Shown here: positions 1 through 7,361 of the stretch, piece by piece
Layout: each line of letters starts with the position of its first letter
Numbering within the stretch: position 1 is the first letter of the stretch
From: Defluviitaleaceae bacterium
GTDB lineage: Bacteria; Bacillota; Clostridia; Lachnospirales; WQUN01
Assembly (NCBI GenBank): GCA_009782245.1
Contig: WRKK01000360.1
Location: forward strand, 1-36,282
Direction: 5' to 3'
DNA: 36,282 bases
Made by a program: the position numbers and the translations under genes
The notes under the pieces: generated by a model
Databases searched by the model: none
What the model saw: only the letters and a program-made list of their open reading frames with translations
Told to the model about the DNA's origin: nothing

Positions 1-1
1 T

Positions 2-325
2 GCGATGCTCCTTGTCTTCTGGGATAATGGGCGTTCCCGTTGCAATAAAATAGTTGACAACTTTGCAAAAATCGCCCGCTTTTTTAAGGCAAGTCATGGT
101 AAAACGGCACAGAATTTTATCGCCGCCGCTTTTCTGCTTGACGTAAAGCAAACCGCAACCAACGCCAGCTTTTACAAGCACTTCTTCCAAATGGATTGCG
201 TTTACTGTGAAAGATGGCTCGTCTGGCGGATTTACGGTAATTGTGCCGTCTTCGGTAAATTGCACGTTGCCTTGCTGTGGTTGACGGCTCATTGTTAGGT
301 CATATTCAAATTTGTAGGTTTTCAT
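2..325 (-). CDS. hypothetical protein, 5' part only (ORF stays open to the left window edge)
   Basis: It is absent from the ORF track because it has no stop inside the window. The reverse strand has ATG at 325-323 after a GAGGT SD (atcgaggtataaaaATG) and reads MKTYKFEYDLTMSRQPQQGNVQFTEDG...CGLLYVKQKSGGDKILCRFTMTCLKKAGDFCKVVNYFIATG, open to base 2. Family not recognised; a vague resemblance to N-terminal extensions of some clostridial ABC exporters is unverified. Confidence 0.5.
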   Translation of the reverse strand, partial: MKTYKFEYDLTMSRQPQQGNVQFTEDGTITVNPPDEPSFTVNAIHLEEVLVKAGVGCGLLYVKQKSGGDKILCRFTMTCLKKAGDFCKVVNYFIATGTPIIPEDKEHR

Positions 326-420
326 TTTTATACCTCGATATAGGAATTACAAGCAACAAGTCCGCACAAATAGCGGACTTATGTTGTTAGTTGTATGGGA
401 TTTTCAGATGCAAAGTCCAA

Positions 421-442
421 TCCCATACAAAACCAGTATATA
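421..442. repeat. 22-bp perfect direct repeat, copy 1 (TCCCATACAAAACCAGTATATA)
   Basis: Identical to 1195-1216. It contains the -10 box and first transcribed bases of a minus-strand promoter. Confidence 0.95.
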
Positions 443-463
443 ACAGCATTGTGCAGTTGTCAA
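435..463 (-). promoter_or_regulatory. sigma-A type promoter for the left-edge gene
   Basis: The minus strand reads TTGACA (463-458), a 17-nt spacer, then TATACT (440-435). Confidence 0.65.
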
Positions 464-504
464 GATATTTCGCAAAATTCGCAGAAATATTTTTCAGCAC
501 AAAA

Positions 505-801
505 CTACAGGGAAAACCCCAGTATTTTAGCAATACCGATAATTCTTTTCTCGCTCTCCTGCATGGCAATATCCGAGCCAACATTAAGATATGGCGTAAT
601 CTCGTGCGTTGCGTCCTCTTCCACCGAAAACAAGCCCAAAGTAACTGAATACTCCCTGCCTTGCAAATATACATCGTCGTTGCTTTCTATTATGCTTGAA
701 AACAGCTTGCCGTCTCCAAAGTTCAAAATTGGTCGGATATACTTGGGCGAATACGATTTGCCTTCAACCGTAAATTCTGCAATGGCTTTGATTTTAATCA
801 T
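505..801 (-). CDS. hypothetical small protein (98 aa), possibly an EF-Tu domain-3-like beta-barrel
   Basis: The ORF starts 9 nt downstream of 811-1149 on the same strand and has a non-repetitive, balanced composition. The pattern Y.P..RP...F......S.I......L..G......L.........L..G......E....IG.A.I resembles translation-factor beta-barrel domains. This is unverified. Confidence 0.6.
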   Translation of the reverse strand: MIKIKAIAEFTVEGKSYSPKYIRPILNFGDGKLFSSIIESNDDVYLQGREYSVTLGLFSVEEDATHEITPYLNVGSDIAMQESEKRIIGIAKILGFSL

Positions 802-810
802 GGTTTCCTC

Positions 811-1149
811 CTACAGTTCGTGTTTTATATTTTTGATTGCACTGTTAAAACAAGGCAAATTGGCGGCTGTGATTATTGCCGTCCCACTTTTGAAGAGATA
901 TGTATCAATGTGGGTAAAATCCGCCAAATTTTGCAACTTAGCCGCATCAATTTCTACCGAAATAATGGCTACAACTTCAACGTTGAACAGCATATCGGCA
1001 AATTTTAAGGTTTCTTCAAAGTTTAGCCCAAAATATTTTACATCAACGCCTAAATTGTGCAAAGAAAATTTTCCTGTTCGCTTTATGGAAAAATATTCTT
1101 CAACGCCCACAGCCCTGTACAATTTTGTTACTGGAAAAAAATTGCTCAT
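811..1149 (-). CDS. hypothetical small protein (112 aa)
   Basis: The ORF has a GGAG-type SD upstream and is served by the promoter at 1209-1237. No family recognised. Confidence 0.6.
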   Translation of the reverse strand: MSNFFPVTKLYRAVGVEEYFSIKRTGKFSLHNLGVDVKYFGLNFEETLKFADMLFNVEVVAIISVEIDAAKLQNLADFTHIDTYLFKSGTAIITAANLPCFNSAIKNIKHEL

Positions 1150-1194
1150 TTTGGTTGGTTCTCCAGATTATTGCGAATTTTTAGGGATAAAACT

Positions 1195-1216
1195 TCCCAT
1201 ACAAAACCAGTATATA
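1195..1216. repeat. 22-bp perfect direct repeat, copy 2
   Basis: Identical to 421-442. Confidence 0.95.
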
Positions 1217-1237
1217 CCGCCATTCCCCATTTGTCAA
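1209..1237 (-). promoter_or_regulatory. sigma-A type promoter for the two-gene cassette 1149->505
   Basis: The minus strand reads TTGACA (1237-1232), a 17-nt spacer, then TATACT (1214-1209). Confidence 0.65.
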
Positions 1238-1241
1238 TCCC

Positions 1242-1266
1242 TTTTGCCAAAATTATTTTGGCAAAA
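1242..1266. promoter_or_regulatory. perfect inverted repeat TTTTGCCAAAA-tta-TTTTGGCAAAA (candidate operator)
   Basis: Two 11-bp arms are separated by a 3-bp spacer. The repeat lies between the -35 of the minus promoter (1232-1237) and overlaps the -35 of the plus promoter (1258-1263). Confidence 0.6.
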
Positions 1267-1286
1267 CCGCCCAATCATGCTATAAT
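1258..1286 (+). promoter_or_regulatory. sigma-A type promoter for the ATPase/nuclease operon
   Basis: TTGGCA (1258-1263), a 17-nt spacer, then TATAAT (1281-1286). Confidence 0.6.
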
Positions 1287-1437
1287 AAAACAAAAACCAG
1301 AGGTAAAACATTGCGAGAACGAAAAAACGGAATGGCAAAAACAGACAAGCAAAGAATTGGCAAAGCAATATCAGCTATACCAACTTTGATAGAAAAAATA
1401 GACCTTAGAGGTCAAGTATACAAGGGGGACTAGTACA

Positions 1438-1632
1438 ATGAATGCAGTCGCACAAATACATGATATAGCCGAAAGGCTAGATAAACCAGAGCAAGAGTTA
1501 GTTTTAGCACTAATGAAAAGGCTATTACCAGACTACATAGCCACCGCCGAAGATATAGCCGATATAGCCAAAGCAAGAGAAGAATACGCACAAGGCAAAA
1601 CAGTAAACTTTGACAACCTTGATTGGGATTGA
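1438..1632 (+). CDS. small helical protein (64 aa), first gene of the operon; antitoxin- or regulator-like size
   Basis: ATG lies 8 nt after the AAGGGGGA SD. The gene ends about 20 nt before the next gene. No DNA-binding motif recognised. Confidence 0.6.
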   Translation: MNAVAQIHDIAERLDKPEQELVLALMKRLLPDYIATAEDIADIAKAREEYAQGKTVNFDNLDWD

Positions 1633-1652
1633 TTAACAGAAAGGGGAATAAA

Positions 1653-2690
1653 ATGACAAATCTTCGTGAAGAGCAAATAAGCCGAATTACAATAAACGGC
1701 TATAAATCAATAAAATCCGCCGATATTAAGCTGGAAAATATTAACGTGCTTATCGGCTGCAACGGTGCGGGCAAATCTAATTTTGTTTCGGTTTTTGAAT
1801 TGTTGCAAGCAAGATTATATGGAAAAACTTGCGAATACGGAATAAAAAAGGGAGCAAGCACTCTATTTTACAACAGTCCAAAAGTTACTGAAAAAATTTT
1901 GTTGCAGTTTTACGATAACGGCGGCATAAATACCACATATAGATTTGGACTGTCCGAGGAAAGTGAACTTATAAATTTGAACCCTACAACAGTTGTTGGA
2001 AATTATTGGGATTCTATAGATAAATATGCGAAATCTCAACGCCAATGGAAAATATACCATTGCAACGATACAAGCCCAATGGCAAAAATCAAGCAAGACA
2101 GCGACATTGCCAACAACGAAATGCTTTTGCAAGATTTTCGCAACTTGTCGGCGTTCTTGTATCGGCTAAAAAACGATTATCCAAAAAATTACGCTGATAT
2201 TGTGCAAACAATTCAACTTATAGCCCCATTTTTTGCGGATTTTGTGCTAATCCCACAAGGAGAACACCAGCAATATATTGTGCTACGTTGGCAAGAAAAA
2301 GCCTTTGAAGATACTTTCTCCGCATCGCAACTATCGGACGGCACATTGCGGTTTATCTGCCTTGCAACCTTACTATTACAGCCGCCAGAATTACAACCAG
2401 CCACAATTATAATTGACGAGCCAGAATTAGGCTTGCACCCTGTTGCAACCACAATTTTTGCGGAATTGGTCAAAAAAGCCGCCACAAACAAGCAAATAAT
2501 TTTGTCAACCCAATCTGTGGAACTGCTAAATCATTTCGCCGTCGAAGATGTTATTGTGGTTGACAGGGACGAAAACGGCTCACAATTTAAGCGGCTAAAC
2601 TCCGCACAGCTTGCGGATTGGCTTGAAGATGATTACACTTTGGGCGATTTGTGGAAGAAAAATATTATCGGCGGGAGGTTTGCACAATGA
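1653..2690 (+). CDS. ABC-type AAA family ATPase (AAA_15/AAA_21, COG4637-like)
   Basis: The preferred start is ATG 1653 after the AAAGGGG SD. Motifs seen: Walker A GCNGAGKSN, signature-like SQLSDGTLRF, Walker B IIIDEPELGLHP, ILSTQS, and the C-terminal LGDLWKKNIIGG typical of this ATPase class. Confidence 0.85.
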   Translation: MTNLREEQISRITINGYKSIKSADIKLENINVLIGCNGAGKSNFVSVFELLQARLYGKTCEYGIKKGASTLFYNSPKVTEKILLQFYDNGGINTTYRFGLSEESELINLNPTTVVGNYWDSIDKYAKSQRQWKIYHCNDTSPMAKIKQDSDIANNEMLLQDFRNLSAFLYRLKNDYPKNYADIVQTIQLIAPFFADFVLIPQGEHQQYIVLRWQEKAFEDTFSASQLSDGTLRFICLATLLLQPPELQPATIIIDEPELGLHPVATTIFAELVKKAATNKQIILSTQSVELLNHFAVEDVIVVDRDENGSQFKRLNSAQLADWLEDDYTLGDLWKKNIIGGRFAQ

Positions 2691-3307
2691 GTCGACTTTT
2701 GGTATACTGTGAGGGTGCAACCGAAGAACTTTTCATTAAAGATGTGCTTGCTCCGTATTTGCTAACTGCAAATATTTACGCAAAGCCGATTGGAGCAGAC
2801 GGTGCAAGCAAATACAGCAAGATAAAAACAGAGTTGACAAAATTAGGCAAAAATGATTCGCAAGCAATAATAACAACAATGTTTGATTATTACGCATTAC
2901 CCAACGAAACGCCAGGCGTTAAAAATGCAACAGGCTCGCTATATGAAAAAATACAGCATATCGAATCCGCCGTTAATACGGATTTAGGATTACCAAACGT
3001 GTTTTTCAACTTGATTGTGCATGAATTTGAGGGATTATTATTTGCAGACACAACCGCATTTGCCGATATTGCAAACGAAACCCAACTTGTAGATTTAGCA
3101 AAAATAAGGCAAAAATTTAATTCGCCAGAGCATATAAATAAATCTTACGAAACTGCTCCGTCAAGGCGTATTTTGGGAATTATTCAAAATTATAGCAAAG
3201 TTTTGGACGGCACAAAAATAGCAAAAATCATTGGAATTAACAAAATTTCGGCGGAATGTCCGCATTTTGCCGATTGGGTTAAAAATATATCCCCCAAGGA
3301 GGAATAA
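2687..3307 (+). CDS. DUF4276-like (Toprim/OLD-nuclease-like) partner protein
   Basis: An ATGA start/stop overlap links it to the ATPase gene. The N-terminus MSRLLVYCEGATEELFIKDVLAPYL matches the conserved EG.tE start of DUF4276 proteins, which are usually encoded next to this ATPase class. Confidence 0.75.
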   Translation: MSRLLVYCEGATEELFIKDVLAPYLLTANIYAKPIGADGASKYSKIKTELTKLGKNDSQAIITTMFDYYALPNETPGVKNATGSLYEKIQHIESAVNTDLGLPNVFFNLIVHEFEGLLFADTTAFADIANETQLVDLAKIRQKFNSPEHINKSYETAPSRRILGIIQNYSKVLDGTKIAKIIGINKISAECPHFADWVKNISPKEE

Positions 3308-3309
3308 AA

Positions 3310-4200
3310 ATGGCAATTATTGGCATAAGCATAAAAAACGTGCTTGCTTTTCAACAGAATTTCACAGCGGATTTTTGCACTGGTATAAATGTAATTATCG
3401 GCGAAAACGGCGTAGGCAAAACAACACTACTAAAAGCCCTTCACGATAGCGAGGATATATATGAAATCAACAGAACAAAGCCAATTCCATCTTTTGGAAA
3501 AGAAGAGGAAAAAAGTTCTGTTTCTCTTGAATGTGCAGGCAAAATTGATTATCAAATATACATCCCAGAAAAAGATATCTTGGAAAACGCCAGAGGATTA
3601 TTACCATTCGTAATGAAAAAAGACACAGCGTTTAGCGATATATACAAAAATGTATTGATTTCAGCACAAGATATACCAACAAGCGAGCAAACCGAAACAC
3701 AACGCTCGCTAGGCGAAAAAATAAGCAACATAATTGGCGGAACTGTCGAATGGGTTGCAAGCGAGGGAACTTATTACACAATAAAAAAAACAGGCTTGCG
3801 AGTGCCTTTTTTACGGGAGGCATCTGGTTATAAAAAACTGGGCTATTTAGGAATACAAATCGCCAGCGGACAACTAGAACCAGGCAGCATACTTTTTTGG
3901 GATGAACCCGAAAATAGCTTAAATCCTGCACTTGCATCACAATTAGTTGACATTTTGCTAGAGCTTTCCCGCAGCGGCGTGCAAATTTTTATTGCAACCC
4001 ACAATGAAGTTTTTGCAAGCTATTTTGCTGTCAACCGCCAAAACGGCGACAACGTTCTGTTTACATCTCTCTACAAAGACGGCGAGGAGATAAAAGCCGA
4101 TACAAGCCACCGTTTCGACTTTCTTACTCCCAACAGCTTAACGGCAGAGCCTGTTAAACTTTACGAAAAACATCTCGAAAAGGGGCTTGGCAATGATTGA
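3310..4200 (+). CDS. second ABC-type AAA family ATPase (296 aa)
   Basis: It starts 2 nt after the previous stop. Motifs seen: Walker A GENGVGKTT, signature-like ASGYKKLGYL, Walker B ILFWDEPENSLNP and an H-loop-like IATHN. Confidence 0.85.
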   Translation: MAIIGISIKNVLAFQQNFTADFCTGINVIIGENGVGKTTLLKALHDSEDIYEINRTKPIPSFGKEEEKSSVSLECAGKIDYQIYIPEKDILENARGLLPFVMKKDTAFSDIYKNVLISAQDIPTSEQTETQRSLGEKISNIIGGTVEWVASEGTYYTIKKTGLRVPFLREASGYKKLGYLGIQIASGQLEPGSILFWDEPENSLNPALASQLVDILLELSRSGVQIFIATHNEVFASYFAVNRQNGDNVLFTSLYKDGEEIKADTSHRFDFLTPNSLTAEPVKLYEKHLEKGLGND

Positions 4201-4723
4201 AATTATTGAAGAAAGTGGCATGAATTTTATTGCCGAAAACGCTTTTTACATTGAAAAATCTCCAATATATGCGGCGTTAAACAAACGTACAAAACAAAAC
4301 GAAAAGGGCATTAGTTCGGTGGAATTTATTCGCCGCAAGGGAGGAAAATTGCTATTTATCGAGGCAAAAACCACTTTTCCCAATCCTGATAATCCGCCAA
4401 AAGAAAATCCCCAGCGATTTGCGGAAGCGGTCGCCGAAATTTGCGAAAAATTTATACATTCGCTAAACTTGTACTATGCCATTTTGGCGGGCGTTCACAG
4501 CGAATCACAAATTAACAATATCAATGCAAGCGACAATTTAACCATTGCATTTGTGCTAGTTATAAAGGTTAGTCAGCCAGACTGGTGCAGAATAATAGAA
4601 ACAAAAATAAATGAAACATTACCAATCTACATAAAAAAAATTTGGGATCCAGAAGTTTTTGTAATGAATCACGAAAAAGCCATAGGGCGAAATCTGGCAA
4701 CCCAAAAAAAGGAAAAACCATGA
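4193..4723 (+). CDS. hypothetical protein (176 aa) with a PD-(D/E)xK-like motif
   Basis: ATG 4193 follows the AAAAGGGG SD and overlaps the upstream stop (ATGATTGA). The segment SSVEFIRRKGGKLLFIEAKT has the E/D...ExK spacing of restriction-endonuclease-fold nucleases. This is an inference. Confidence 0.6.
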   Translation: MIEIIEESGMNFIAENAFYIEKSPIYAALNKRTKQNEKGISSVEFIRRKGGKLLFIEAKTTFPNPDNPPKENPQRFAEAVAEICEKFIHSLNLYYAILAGVHSESQINNINASDNLTIAFVLVIKVSQPDWCRIIETKINETLPIYIKKIWDPEVFVMNHEKAIGRNLATQKKEKP

Positions 4724-4830
4724 GCGACTTAAACACCCAACTATGGGCAAGTGCCGACCAACTGCGCGGCACTTTACGTGAAAGAACACGGAATACCCCA
4801 GCCATGCGGAGCAATTTGCGGTGTTGCTAA
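4720..4830 (+). pseudogene. hsdM: 5' stub of a type I restriction-modification methylase gene
   Basis: An ATGA overlap joins it to the preceding gene. It reads MSDLNTQLWASADQLRGTL, the characteristic HsdM N-terminus (LW..AD.LRG). It then continues as unrelated sequence to a stop after 36 codons. Confidence 0.65.
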
Positions 4831-4847
4831 ATTGACACGAAGACAAT

Positions 4848-4873
4848 GCCTGCCTGACGGTGGTCAGGCAGGC
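4848..4873. terminator. 11-bp stem hairpin between the convergent island operon and the GH3 gene
   Basis: GCCTGCCTGAC-ggtg-GTCAGGCAGGC. There is no clean U-tract on either strand. Confidence 0.45.
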
Positions 4874-4921
4874 CTCCACGAAAACCAAAGACTACCACAA
4901 ATAAAATCCCCATAAACCCCG

Positions 4922-7324
4922 TCAACCAGCCGCCAGCACAAACCGCAAAACGTGCCCCGCAGTCCGTTGCATTTCCGCCAAACTAATGCCGCCCTCTTTG
5001 CCATGCGATTCCAACAAAGAGCCGTCGCCCTCCGTGGCAAAAAAACTTTTTCCGCCTGGCATAAGCAAGTCCACCTGTGCCCGAACCCTGTACGCATCGT
5101 TGAAAACCGCTGGAAAATCGGGGTCAATGCCTGGCCGCATCCACCAATCCGTCATAACAAGCCCCGCAAACTGCCACTCGCCGCGCAATACCGTCGTGCA
5201 TAACTCGTGGTGATAATGCCCGTAAACGCCGTTAATCTTGTTGTACGACGACATTACCGTCCGTGGATTGCTCTCTTTTACGCAAATTTCAAAGCCTTTC
5301 AAATGGATTTCCCGCAAAGCCCGCTCGCTTAGCCGTGAATCGTTCTTTATTCTAAAGGTTTCCTGATCGTTGCAGGCGAAATGCTTGGGACAGCCCGCCA
5401 CGCCCTGCGACTGCAAGCCCACCACAACCGCTGCGCCGATTTTGCCCACCAGCAACGGGTCTTCCGAAAAATATTCAAAATTGCGACCGCACAAAACCGC
5501 ACGCATTACCTGCAAGCCAGGTGCCAACAGCACATGAGCCTTTTTGTCGGCAATTTCTGCACCGTTTTTGGTCGCCAGTTCTTTTACAAGTTGCGTGTTC
5601 CATGTCGCCGCCAACGCTGTTGCACAGGGCAACAATGCACAATAATACCGCAACCGTATACCAGAAGGCCCATCGCAAGCGGTAACGGGTGCAACGCCGT
5701 AATCTCGTAGGGCTTGCGTTGTGCCGCCGAAAACGCCAGCATTGCCCAAAACGCCCAGCGGACTGTTCATTATGTAATCGCCACGTGTCAAGCCCTCCAA
5801 CTCCTCGGCGGTTAGCTGTGCAATAAAATCTTCCAACGAAACCTTGCCAGCCGCAACGTCCACCAACTTGTAGCCCTTATCGCCCGTTTGCGGGATTTCT
5901 TGCGGCAACTGTGCGATAATCCGCTCTTTTAGGTTGACCGTTCGCAACGGAACAGGCTCATATTTTTTCGCAAAAGTGCCGTCCGCTTGCGGTGTGGTCG
6001 CATCTGGGATAAGCCTGTCAAAAGCCGCTACTGGAGCGGCTACTTCCTGCAACTGCTCGACAACCTGCAATTTGTCCACCGTTACCACGCCGATTTTTTT
6101 GGCGGAACGCACACATTGCCCTACAAAAATCCCGTATTCGCCAGGCTCTAGCACATAGGCGGATTTATTGCCCGTTTTGCCGCCGTCATCGTAAGATGCC
6201 ATGCTCGCCGCCGCAAACGAAATTTCCAAGGTCGTTTGCTGTTGCGGTGCTAAAATTTCAGTTTTTTGGAATGCCGCAAGTGCCAAACTCGGCTTACCAA
6301 GCAGTCCCTGCGGTGCGGCGTAATAAACCTGCACAACTTCTTTGCCCGCAAATTTGCCGTTGTTGGCAACTTTTACCGAAATATTAACGTTGCCGTCCTT
6401 TTCAACAGGGTTTTCCGCCGAAATCGCAAAATCCGCATAACTAAGCCCAAATCCAAACGGGAACAGAACATCATTTTTCGCAAACGTCTCAAAATAGCGG
6501 TAGCCCACGTAAATATCTTCCACGTAATTATTGAACTCCTCCGCGCCGAAGTTTTCGTAGGTTGGATAGTTTTCGTAACGCTTGGCGATGGTGGTTGTAA
6601 GTTTGCCGCTGGGGCTGATTTCGCCGTAAAGTGCGTCCGCAACGGCGTTTCCGCTCTCCATGCCGCCCTGCCACACGTACAGCAACGCATTTATTTTGGA
6701 TTCATATTTTTCTAGCCACGAAAAATCTATGATATTTCCGCTGTTTATCAGCACTACAACCTTGCTAAAGGCAGCTGTTACCAAATCTAACATTTGCAAT
6801 TCCTGTTTCGTAAGGAAAAAACTTCCCTCTTCAAGCAAGCTGTCCCTGTCTTCGCCAGCACTGCGCCCAATCACGACAACCGCCGTATCCGAGACCGCCG
6901 CCGCATTTTTCACAAGTTCGGCGGTCAGCGGCATTTCGGCAAAGTTGGTTGGCCACTTGCCCCATTCGCCCGTTTCTGGCACGTTTTCGCCGCACCATTT
7001 GCGGTAAATCTCGCAAAGTTCCTTGTTGTAGCTTGCCCCTTTTTTGGCGGACATTGCAGAAATGCCGTCCATTAGGCTGATTCTGTACGGCGGAATGACA
7101 TCGCCGCCAGAGCCGTAACCAACGTAAAAATAATCATGCTGCACCCTGCCAAAAACCGAGATGTTATCGTTAAGCGGCAAAACGCCGTCATTTTTCAGCA
7201 AAACGATTCCCTCGCCAGCCGCTTTGCGGCACAACGCCTTGTAATCTTCCGCCAATTCCCTTGAACCCAGCACCTGCACAGAATCATTGTGCGTATCTTG
7301 TGCCAATAAGTTTTGTTCGTCCAT
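4922..7324 (-). CDS. glycoside hydrolase family 3 (beta-glucosidase-like)
   Basis: 800-aa ORF. GH3 motifs seen: KHFACNDQETFR, and GLVMTDWW holding the nucleophile Asp. The C-terminal part looks like a sandwich/FnIII-type domain. A strong AGGAGGA SD precedes it. Confidence 0.9.
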   Translation of the reverse strand: MDEQNLLAQDTHNDSVQVLGSRELAEDYKALCRKAAGEGIVLLKNDGVLPLNDNISVFGRVQHDYFYVGYGSGGDVIPPYRISLMDGISAMSAKKGASYNKELCEIYRKWCGENVPETGEWGKWPTNFAEMPLTAELVKNAAAVSDTAVVVIGRSAGEDRDSLLEEGSFFLTKQELQMLDLVTAAFSKVVVLINSGNIIDFSWLEKYESKINALLYVWQGGMESGNAVADALYGEISPSGKLTTTIAKRYENYPTYENFGAEEFNNYVEDIYVGYRYFETFAKNDVLFPFGFGLSYADFAISAENPVEKDGNVNISVKVANNGKFAGKEVVQVYYAAPQGLLGKPSLALAAFQKTEILAPQQQTTLEISFAAASMASYDDGGKTGNKSAYVLEPGEYGIFVGQCVRSAKKIGVVTVDKLQVVEQLQEVAAPVAAFDRLIPDATTPQADGTFAKKYEPVPLRTVNLKERIIAQLPQEIPQTGDKGYKLVDVAAGKVSLEDFIAQLTAEELEGLTRGDYIMNSPLGVLGNAGVFGGTTQALRDYGVAPVTACDGPSGIRLRYYCALLPCATALAATWNTQLVKELATKNGAEIADKKAHVLLAPGLQVMRAVLCGRNFEYFSEDPLLVGKIGAAVVVGLQSQGVAGCPKHFACNDQETFRIKNDSRLSERALREIHLKGFEICVKESNPRTVMSSYNKINGVYGHYHHELCTTVLRGEWQFAGLVMTDWWMRPGIDPDFPAVFNDAYRVRAQVDLLMPGGKSFFATEGDGSLLESHGKEGGISLAEMQRTAGHVLRFVLAAG

Positions 7325-7339
7325 AAAAGTTCCTCCTAG

Positions 7340-7361
7340 AAAATTAAGTTAAAATTAAGTT
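7340..7361 (-). repeat. 2 x 11-nt tandem repeat (AACTTAATTTT on the gene strand) between the MATE stop and the GH3 SD
   Basis: Read directly from the sequence: aaaattaagtt aaaattaagtt on the plus strand. Confidence 0.9.

Noticed and set aside
395-1285. 296-aa plus-strand ORF spanning the whole left cassette.
   Set aside because: It runs antisense to two compact, SD-preceded minus-strand genes and through two promoters. Its product is low-complexity (S/L/I/C-rich) and it has no SD. It is an antisense shadow ORF.
1332-1433. Possible 33-aa leader ORF (MAKTDKQRIGKAISAIPTLIEKIDLRGQVYKGD) ending 4 nt before the 64-aa gene.
   Set aside because: It has only a weak SD-like ACGGA. It is too short to evaluate by composition and I cannot check conservation. 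It stays a possibility but is not supportable as a feature.
4642-4830. 62-aa ORF from the track, treated as an intact gene.
   Set aside because: Its first 26 codons lie out of frame within the coding region of the 4193-4723 gene. Only the part from 4720 is meaningful, and that part is a truncated hsdM N-terminus. It is annotated as a pseudogene stub instead.
6266-6715. 149-aa and other 60-115-aa ORFs on the plus strand inside 4922-8677, and similar ones inside 19344-22565 (for example 21414-21896).
   Set aside because: All lie antisense within long, motif-supported GH3, MATE and GH2 genes. They lack SDs and have skewed composition.
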